Of a stretch of DNA of 63,001 nucleotides, positions 53,627 through 63,001 are shown in pieces. Numbering within the stretch: the first letter of the stretch is position 1; each line of letters begins with the position of its first letter. Source of the DNA: Phoronis australis (lineage: Eukaryota; Animalia; Phoronida); NCBI GenBank assembly GCA_002633005.1, contig NMRA01000302.1, positions 191,822 through 254,822 of the forward strand. The letters run 5' to 3'. Position numbers and translations under genes: made by a program. The notes under the pieces were generated by a model, which had not been told where the DNA came from, made no database searches, and saw nothing but the letters and a program-made list of their open reading frames with translations.

Positions 53627-54224
53627 TGTCACGTTTTTCCTCGTGTGTGAGAGGGCACGCATGGAAACCGACCGGTGCTAAAAGCTTTTGGTGCGACAAT
53701 AGACTGAAAACTGGATCGAGTTAGTCGCTTTATAAATCTGGAATGTACGTTCACAAGCCTACTCAAACAAAACTTCCGACGTAATGTCTGTTCTACTCTC
53801 CAGCCAGTACTTCGAAGCCTTGACTTGTGATGAACTTCTGAAACACTTTCAGCAAGTCAACTGTAACTCTCCAGTAACTGACTGGTAGTTTTCAACTTTC
53901 AACTCATACAACTCACACAAATCCGTTCTTGTGAATCTACAGACTACTGAATTGTTCTAGAACTTTTCACCAAGTTAAGCATACTCTAGAACTTTCCGAA
54001 CTTAATCCAACCATTCTACAAACATGTACTGTACTATACAATGGACTATTAGAGATTACATTAATCACTTACGTGCATATGGTAGATTCTTCAAGAATAT
54101 TCCACAGTATTCTGTACAAGTAGTAAACGAATTACTTCATCACTGCACTGACCCAATCAATAAAACAAACAGAACGATAGAACAAAATAATAAAACTAAG
54201 AACACTGTCAGTCCACTCCTGACA
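53627..54224. mobile_element. Solo LTR (~600 bp)
   Basis: TGTCA...TGACA termini; 5-bp TSD AACAT/AACAA; empty site GAGGAACGTGAGGAG in the intact exon 11. Confidence 0.8.
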
Positions 54225-54310
54225 AACAAGAGGAGTGCAAGAGGTTGTATGCCAGCCAACAGGACAAGCTGCAAACACAATGAAATCGATGAAGACTGGC
54301 TCGAGAACAG

Positions 54311-54558
54311 GGGCCTGTTCCAAAAAACTAACTTAAGTTCATTTTTTTACTTAATTCTAAGATTTGTTTTAACATCCAAACTTGAAACTTCCACATTTGC
54401 AAAGTTGGTCAAAATTAAGACAAAACTTAGGTCATACACTTATGTCAAACTTAAGAACTTTTTCTTGATTTGGTTTTGAGACAAATTTAACTTTTATTTT
54501 AAAATATACTAAAATTTAAAATTTGTCTTAGCTAAGTGAGTCTTGTTGGAACGGGCCC
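54311..54558. mobile_element. Harbinger-like MITE (GGGCCTGTTCCAA TIR)
   Basis: Inserted at CAG of exon-11 sequence GAGAACAGGAGAATT; flanks CAG and CTG; related fragment at ~47770-47920. Confidence 0.75.
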
Positions 54559-55150
54559 CTGGAGAATTGAGAATGATTGGGAAAAGGCGGGAATTAGCTG
54601 CACTTCGGGTAAGTTGTCTGGAATGTTGAGCAAATAACGAGCAATTTGTTTAAAATCTATCAGACCCATAATCATGTAATACACATGCCTGCCCGCAAAA
54701 TGAATCAACCAGAAAATGATCTTGTGGTTCCACTTTGTTTTAACTCGATACAGTAACGAGGTTAAATTCCACCTTGAGAGTTCGGCTTAGTACTTGCATC
54801 GAGTTCTAAAATCTGAACAACAAGTTTGAGCTTTTTGGAGATTACTTAATTATATTTCTTAAGCAACTACAGACATTTTGGAGTCTTGGCAACCGTTCAC
54901 TGCATTTATTCCAAAACATACGCGATATCCACTAGATCCCTAATGAGGGACTTTTGAATATGTGTGTGAATTTTATAATGTCGGTTAATTTGCCTGAATT
55001 TTCTGTTCTTGAAAGTACTGCCATTTGGTTCTTGTTAAAACTGCTACAGTAAGTTTTCTGAAAAGTTGCTTGTAATATGGCATCTCTTTAAAGCAACATA
55101 ATGGTAGAACGTGCTAAAATCTGCAAGTCAGAAAACAGATCTGACAAAAT

Positions 55151-55233
55151 TCTCTCTCTCTCTCTCCCTCCTTCCCTCTCTCCCTCTCTCCCTCTCTCTC
55201 TCTCTCCCTCTCTCGCCTCTTCTCTCTCTCTCC
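55151..55233. repeat. (CT)n-rich microsatellite at the deletion junction of copy B
   Basis: Joins the homolog of ~11900 to the homolog of ~13650. Confidence 0.9.
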
Positions 55234-55929
55234 CATTTTTATACTGGCACCATTAAGATGATTTCTGCCTGTTCTTAAGTTTATGTAGAACCTTATCAAC
55301 AAGTCTATTTATTTACTAAAAGTATCTACAAACTATAGATTTCTGAAAGTTGAAAGCCTGTAGAATTATTTTTGACTTGTTATCAAGGTGCCACATATGG
55401 GGGTCTGGTGACTAATTTAGTGGTTGATTATGAGTTGGTTATACGGATAATCATTTATAGTACATTTAAGGATTATTGATTACTGATCCTTTTTGGTGTT
55501 CGTATCGTTCGTGGTATTCTCATGCTTCACCGATCTTTTTTAAATGCTGCCAATTGGCATGTCCGACACGTTTACCTTTTTATTTGTACAATCCTCTGAC
55601 GAAAAAAGAAACATAGGAATTTGTAATGTACCTAATCACAAGCTGAGCCAGTGACGTCACCAACTTGCTGAATCAAGAACATTGTGTTGTTCGTTGCTTT
55701 TACTACGCTCCCGTGCTGCAGACGCAGATGTGATAGCTTATAAACCCATCTAAAAAGCGAACGTGATTTAGATCACGTGCCGCTGTAGAATTGGTCTCCT
55801 TGTTAGAATGAGAAGTGATTCGTGTGTTTACAAAGGATTGGCAATCGGTTATCCCCAGACACCATGCTGGGAGCGTGAAATGACACACCGGGACAAGCCA
55901 AAATCTTAAACTACATAAAGCAAAACCTG

Positions 55930-56107
55930 CCTCCCGTTCAGTAACGCTAGGACCTCGCTATAAAGCAAGACTTCGCGAGATTACGAGAGATATTGCCGTG
56001 TATTTTAAATGAGAACACGTGGTGTTGACTAGATTTTATCTAGGTCCTAGCGTAGGTTCTAGCGTCTACTGAACGCACGCCTGGTCCTAGCGTTACTGAA
56101 CGGGAGG
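55930..56107 (-). mobile_element. Harbinger-like MITE plus an extra terminal fragment
   Basis: CTG TSD; empty paralogous site CAAAATCTGGTCTCG at ~16226. Confidence 0.8.
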
Positions 56108-59100
56108 CTGGTCTCGAGCCCTAACACCTACTCCAATTTGACTGAGGAACAGTTTGAATCCAATCGCGTAATAGTATGTGGGCTGAATTAAAAGTTTGTT
56201 TTTATGGAAGGCGGGTTGTATCTATCTACTCTGCGGGTGATAAACCAGTGCCCTCCGCCGAAAGTGTTTTTAATTTGATAGCTAACAGTTATAAAGTCGG
56301 TCTCATTTTGTTCTTTGCGCAGGTCATAGGTGATACCTTACCTTGACGATGTGCTCTGAAAGGGCACGCCAGTGTCGAAAAGTAATGTTTGAACACTCTG
56401 GGCTGGGTTACATAAACCTTCAAAATTATCCGCTGGATAAATTTTATCATTGCATGATGTCAGGTGCTTTATTCAACAATAACAACGTGGAACACGATTA
56501 TGCGACGTCACTGTTGCTATGCAGCGTATAACATGCAACGGGACCCAGAACATTGTTCATAGTTATTTGAAATATTCCAGAAATGCCTGGAATTTTCCAA
56601 GTCTATTTTTGTTAGTTGTGAACCACTGATTGCAGCAAATGGGACACCCTAAACTAGCCCTAAGCACCCAAAGAGTCAGGGAAGACCCAGTTGCAAGTCA
56701 CATTTTCGACGAGGTTTGCTCAAAGTACCTCAACCATGTCGGAAGTATGTGACAACACATCACGTACACTCCTTATATGTACATGTAGAAGCAATGTAAA
56801 TTACAAAAGTAGACCAGGGTAACTTCACCTCTCGACAATGACGAATTTCTTCAGTAACCAACATAATGGAATTTGTAATTTTTTCGACAACAGAACAGAG
56901 TTGAATTCATGCAGATTGCATTACGTGAATGTTCAAAACCGTCATACAGGAGGTCCAACCCTCCCTCCCTCCCGAATTGTCTCACTAAGAACACGTTGTT
57001 GATGTGACAGCAAAGTAGTATTCCAAAGGGTGTAAGATTCATTTTTGCATAAGATATTTAAGTGAAATATCCAGTAAGAATTGTTTCTTCTATATCAATT
57101 CAGCAGAGTACTAAAACATTTATGGGCCTATTAGAAATTAAGGAATCCCAATTAAAAGGGGGCACCGTGCCTTGTTTAGGTGCACATGTGGACATGTGCC
57201 ACTGGAGAAACACGATTCTGCACGTATCTGCGCGCTCTAAAGTCTTTCCTCGTTTACAGATATTTTTTTCCGAAAAAATACATTGGTGGAAAAAACACAC
57301 TTCAATAGTGTTCTTCAATGCGTTTAATGTGCGTAGAACACCGCGAGCAACCCAACTAACTTGATACTTGTTTATTGTTTTACTTTGTATTGCACTTGGT
57401 TTTAGCACGTCATAACAAAACTTTGAGACTCGATTTGAAATTGACCAACATTGTTTCACAGTTCGAGTAAACGTTCGAATTTCACGAGATGTGAGTGGTC
57501 AGTTTGGTAGTCACGTGTCTTGGCTTCGTGTTGTCACTGAAACGTGCATTAATGGCAAAATATCGCAGCGGCCAAAATCATTGTGAGTAGTTTTGCCTCA
57601 GAGATCTTTGCCTTGGACCCTGCGTTTTGTATACTTGCAGCCAAATCTTGGGCATCAACATAGTGATATGCCTCTTCTTTTAGGTCCGGCTCAAATGTTT
57701 CTTGGTCTTTCTCTGAAAGCAGTTGAACGCAAAATTTGTGTCAAAATGGTGAAAATTAGTGTTGTACAAGCAGGTGGATGTGAAACTGCTGCGAAGTGGT
57801 TTTGTGTCAAAATGGTCCATTCCTGATTTGGGCATCTTCTCGGTGCGGTTCCAACAATGACATGCGTTCCAACCTAAAATTATGTGGGAAAATCAAGAAC
57901 TCACAAGACTTCTCGAGATATCACCATGCATTAGAAGCAAAGTACGTAATTCCACTAGCTTCCCAAACACGATATTCTTAAGTGCGTCTACGATATCCTG
58001 GTCTTAGAAATGATTTCTGGGTCTTGTGGTAAGCAATAACGGAGTGCCGTCATTGAGGCTTCTCAACTGAACTTTCCAATAAGAAAGGAATATAGAAAAC
58101 ACAATTCACTCATAGAAATGAACAATATGAAAACAGACAGAATAATGGGAATACTGAAAGCAGCTTTTGAGGTTTGATACAAGAATCTTCAGCAAAAACT
58201 ATTCCATTGAGACTCCTTCCAAAGATTTGAAATACCCCATGTACGGGGTCTTTTGGGATCCTTTGGCATGTATGATACGTAGGAAACTGACAAATGAATA
58301 CGTTGCAACAGAAATAGAATATAACTTGAGCAGGGCGTTGTCAACAATAAACTCAGGGATTAAAACGGCTGAGATGACACCAGTGCGTTATAATAAATCG
58401 GCAAAATAATAGCCTTCTCAGAAGACTTCGGTCACAGTAGAAAAACACCAAATGTCGCATTATTGCTTGGTACCAAATACATGAGTGAAGCACACTTGGT
58501 TATCTGGTCTACGATTTTGGCAGTTCTGATGACTGAGTTTGGTAGGCCAAATCTTTGATTTCAATGGAAAACTTGTCGAGTGATATCAACAAGCGATGAA
58601 GTACTGTAGCTTACTTATGATTTTTCTGGCACTCATTCAAATCAACCCATGATACAGTTTGAACATCACACGTGTAACGGACGAAGGAACATGCTTTGTG
58701 GTTGTATTCGAAGGATTCAGGAACGTCTACAGGCAACAAGTTGGTAGCGACGGCACTAGGCTTTTTTGTAAAAAACAATTTGGAAATTGGCAATGAGAAA
58801 GTTGAAACGTAGCTACCTCTTCAGGTTACCAATTTTGCTCTTAAAATATTCATTAATAAGAACAATTGGTAGTCACCCTTCAGAGATGAAATTTCACGCT
58901 ACGCCTTACAAACAATGCACTGCAGAACGACAAGAAATAGAAATTATGAAAAAATGTCGACCAAATATCAATAAAATCGTTACTTGTATCAAACGCCACG
59001 GCGTTAGGACTCTAAAATTACTTAAACTTTGCACAAGTCTGTACTTTTTGATAGAAAAATATATTGAGAACCTGGACATTTTGCTTGTTGTGCATATTCA

Positions 59101-59482
59101 CAGAGTTTTAAAATTTTTTTTCATTCGTTGCTAAGTATCTGTAAAATATTATCATTGATTAGGTAATGAAAGCGTGTTTACGATTTAAGACCCCCCGCAT
59201 TGCACTCACGGTCACATCAATGACAGGTGTTAATTTTTTTTTTAAATTTCACTAATTTTTACTACCTACACGACATACAGTATGTGTGGTTTCGGTGATT
59301 CAAACATTGCATCTTTATCTCGTTGCAGTCTTAAGTTGTAAAGGGTTTTTATTGAAATTGTTGTGTTTTTGCCCTTCCACTCTAGTGGAAACGCTTAACC
59401 AAATTTTTGTGACACCCAGAATTTCGTGATGCATTGAGCCGACAACCTGCACTGTATGTCCCGGTACCCACCAAATCGACAA

Positions 59483-61743
59483 CTAGAGTACTTTTTCGCA
59501 CTTGGTTCTCATACTAAATACAAGTTCCATTTCGCCCTGAGGTTGATCTTATAAATCTCTGTTCTAGCCGATAAAATGTTTCTTTAAATATATGCTACAT
59601 ACACTACCGAAACAATTATAAGGCATTGGCTTTGCCATTCATCATTTGCATGAAGGTACCGGAGCCATGTTATACTTGTAATAGTTCACAACGTGCTTGT
59701 TTTATATCTGCCACACACAGATCCCTGTATACATCGAAAAAACTCACCACTGACTTCAAAATTGTCTGAAAGAACTACAGCCGCTTTCTTGGACATTTCT
59801 GTGTCGCCTGGGACCGTCACGCTGCAACTGTTAAAAAGAGAAGTTAGTTATGAACGACACTGTTCTTTGTTCTTTGAGTACTTCACAGAATGTGGAGAAA
59901 TCAGCAGGGAAAAACAATGGAGCGCTCCATCCCCCTACTGCAGCAAAGTTCCAGTCAATATCAGGGGCCACTGAATGAGCTCGCAGGTTTCTGTTTAGCA
60001 TGTACAGGTAATGCATTTTTCCTATTTTCAATCAAATCGCTTTAATATATGTATGTTTCCCAATGTCGGATGTTTTTCATTTTGCTTGACTTTTCATCAC
60101 TATTGGCAGAGTAGAAGCATGCGCTTCAATTAACTCCCGGATAACATGGCCGGAGGTCTACAAAACTGACGACTCTGGCAGGGAATAATCTAGAACGAAG
60201 TAGGGAGCATTAGATTACTAGATTGAGACACAACTGTAAGGAGGTATTGAACATCATTGTATCAGTGGACGTTTCAATAAAGAAGGCGTGACCAAGAGCC
60301 AGTGACAAGAGAGAAAACTGGCAGAGTGAACTCACATCGTGGGACGGTTCACTAAAGAAGGAGGAGCCACGAGACATCGATAAGAGATAGAAGGCTGTAA
60401 GGAAGGTAATGATTTTCATTGTATTATTGGACGGTTCAATAAAGAAGGAGGGGCCAAGAGTCAGTTACCCTAGAAGCAACTGTCAGATGGTAGTGAATAA
60501 TATAGGACGGTTCAATAAAGAAAGGGGCCAAGCGACAGCGATGAGAGCGAGAAGGCTGCAAGGAAGGTAGTGAATATCATTGTTTCATTGGACGGTTCAG
60601 TAAAGAAGGGGCCAAGAGGCAGTGTCACAAGAAAAGACTTTCAGACATTAGTGAATATCATAGGACGGTTCAATAAAGAAGGAGGGCCCAGGAGAAAATG
60701 ACAAGAGAAGTCAAAACTAAAAACGATATTTGAAAATTACATGACGTCAATATTGAAAGGACTTAGGCTACTTTTAGCTATGAGTCGTTATCAGAGGTTT
60801 GGGGAAGGTTGAAAAGAAACTTTTAAGCCTGGTGTTTATTAAAGGCAGTGTGTTTTGGAATCAGAGTTACCTTAACTTGTCATCCTTTGTAAATCTGCTC
60901 ATTATCAACAAAGTTGCAGACGCTGTTATTCGTCCAGTCATAGGATCGTAGGAAAGCTGAGTCGGGAGATATAGTCTCCTGGAGCGTTCGGTCTCCACTT
61001 TGGCGAATATCACACGGACCAAGTTTGTAGCTGGAAAACTCAATACATTATTTTTTCCAGTACAAAAAGTGTTACCAGGGTTACCGACAGTATTGTGCAA
61101 CTTTATCCTCGTGATGGAGGAAAACAAATAACTGTAAATTGGGCTTATCTAATAAGAAATACGCACCGTTTGAGAAAATGTTTCCGCAGACGTAATGCGA
61201 AACATTTACGTTTCGAACTCACACCAATATCAGGACATTCAAATCAATAGTTAAGTAAGAAATGTGACAAAGTTATCTGCATAACTATTTGAACTGTGCC
61301 GTCATTTCAACACGTGGCGGGATTAAATGGTATCGCACATTTCTCCTTTCTGAGATGCGCAAGCATCACAGTCCGTCCTTTTGAAAAATGGCCAATGGTA
61401 TTGTTCATGCGTGCACCCAGCCTAAAATATAGGGGGGCTCGAAGTTTTCAGTGTGTGGGCCTTTTACTCAAGAAAAAAACAAAAACGGGGTACTACGTTC
61501 AGACCTCTGAATTGTGCATTCGAGCCGAACTCTTGTGGCATTTTGCCTGATTTTCTCGGAATTTTTTGTTCCACTAGCCCACCCTCCCCTCCGTCTGGAT
61601 GCGCGCATGTTGTTCAGTATGGCGGAGAGTACCTTCATCTGGCTCAACAAATCCGATTGTAGCGCTACACGTAATTGGGTACTTGGATCCGTACTGTAAC
61701 ATCTTGCCGTTGATACCGTCGAGTCGCATGTCTGTCGGATTTG
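59483..61743 (-). CDS. 3' portion of a second receptor-like paralog (last Ig domain); 5' exons lie beyond the window
   Basis: Exons 61743-61633, 61030-60871, 59827-59748 and tentative 59547-59483; the three Ig exons have the same lengths and phases as copy A and are open (NPTDMRLDG..ITCSATIG; TNLVRVIF..DDKL; SCSVTVPGDTE..). Confidence 0.78.
61406..61609 (+). mobile_element. ~200-bp MITE with 5-bp TSD (related copy ~41798-42036)
   Basis: TIRs CATGCGTGCACCCAG / CTGGATGCGCGCATG; TSD TTGTT; empty site CATTGTTCAGT at ~26035. Confidence 0.8.
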
Positions 61744-61994
61744 CTGTAATATAACACGGGTGCGCTTTGTGATATCTATTGCAACCGCAAATTTCCATAA
61801 CTGAGCTATCAGAAAATACATGTAGCTCTCACTAGCATTGTAAAGTTGTGATATCCCTGTCACGATTTTTTGTACCAACACACTAAGTGGTTTTATTCAT
61901 GCAATTTGAAACCCGAGTGAAATCAACGTCTGAACACACGCTGAGACATGACAAGAGCATTCGGATAAATACAGAGAAGCAGTGATAACATCAG

Positions 61995-62144
61995 GCGTAC
62001 GTTCAGTAACGCTAGGACCTACGCTAGGACCTAGCTAAAATTTAGCTAAAGTCACTTGTTCTCATTTAAAATTCACGGCAACATATCACGTAATCTCGCG
62101 AAGTCTTGCTTTTTAGCGAGGTCCTAGCTCTACTGAACGAGATG
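61995..62144 (+). mobile_element. Harbinger-like MITE
   Basis: Same family as 44576; absent from paralogous site ~26420. Confidence 0.75.
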
Positions 62145-63001
62145 TAGATCTCACCAGGTAACTAAAATTTTCATTTCTAAGCTTTCCAAGACAACCAGTT
62201 AGGCGCAGAATGTGCCAGTCGCTATTTGCGAGCGGTTTTTAATCAATATACATGTAACATAGTTAAATTGCCGTGTTCTTTAACGAATTATTTGAATTTT
62301 TCTCAGTCGTTTATGTGACATGACAGTTTAGGACCGGGACACAAAATCAAATTTCCTCGAAGTAGCAATCACTTTAATATCTATGTTTTAATCTAGAATG
62401 AACACACATGATTATTTTGTTTGCTCACACTTAAAGCGTTAATTAATTCTTTTTCATTATGTAAATCAACCTTTGATCTAGACTACTTGCCGATATGAAC
62501 TGGTCACACACTGGTCCATGGTCACGTGATTATTTACAACGGGTTCTTCAAGTCAGCGTGTCGTTTAATGCGGTGAGCATTGTCTCATGGAATGACAAGT
62601 GTCGCAGGCCAAGTGCGACACAACTCCTATTTATAACAGTAATAATTCGCGATTTGTTCCGGTAACATTTATTTAGCCAATCAGATGCCAGAAATAATTA
62701 CCGTAATAAATATTTATTACTGTGATTAAAGTCACTATTTCCTTTACTTTCGCCTGCTTAGATCACAAATTGAGCTTTGCCAATCGAAAGATATCACTAA
62801 AATTAACTCTTTTCGTAAATTACAGCCATGTACATACTCTCGTTATTTTACTATTAATTTTTTAAATTTATAAAAAGTGGGCGGACCTTCAGCCAAACCT
62901 CATTATTTATGCGGGGTTGCCAGTGGAGAGATTACCCATAATGCACACGAATCAGCTGACGGAAGAGAAACATGTCAAGCACAAGCGGTCGAGGTGAGTT
63001 A

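Larger units (their letters stand above)
53577..54608 (+). pseudogene. Decayed duplicate of Kelch exon 11, split by a solo LTR and a MITE
   Basis: EKAEFALEKAAAEEE, then LTR, then degenerate EE..R..ASQQ..EDWLEN, then MITE, then RIEND, with indels; exon 12 is missing from this copy. Confidence 0.88.
53455..63001 (+). repeat. Tandem segmental duplication, copy B (paralogous to ~11015-26670)
   Basis: Colinear blocks: 53455-55150 with 11015-11900; 55235-56270 with 13650-16435; 56290-62440 with 20140-26600. Confidence 0.95.

Overview
AT-rich, intron-containing animal (invertebrate-like) genomic DNA with two assembly gaps. (1) A complete 12-exon + strand gene (553-12862, 506 aa by manual splicing) encodes a six-repeat Kelch propeller plus a C-terminal coiled coil. 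(2) A convergent - strand gene (at least 14 exons, ~48113 to ~23543), mostly missed by the ORF track, encodes a class I cytokine-receptor-like protein with an unusual architecture: Ig, FN3 (C-x9-C-x-W), FN3 (IKPDP...WSEMS), CCP/sushi, Ig, Pro/Thr linker, Ig, and no detectable transmembrane segment. One exon appears frameshifted and the first exon was not found. (3) A tandem segmental duplication (copy B starts at ~53455 and mirrors ~11015-26670) carries a decayed Kelch exon 11 and the last four exons of a second receptor-like paralog that continues beyond the window. The two copies provide empty sites for several transposon insertions: an I/Jockey-group LINE, a Helentron-type HINE carrying an array of CTCF-like motifs with a nested L1/Tx1 LINE, a solo LTR, and Harbinger-like and 5-bp-TSD MITEs. 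Gypsy and Penelope remnants, a 29-bp satellite and mini/microsatellites are also present.
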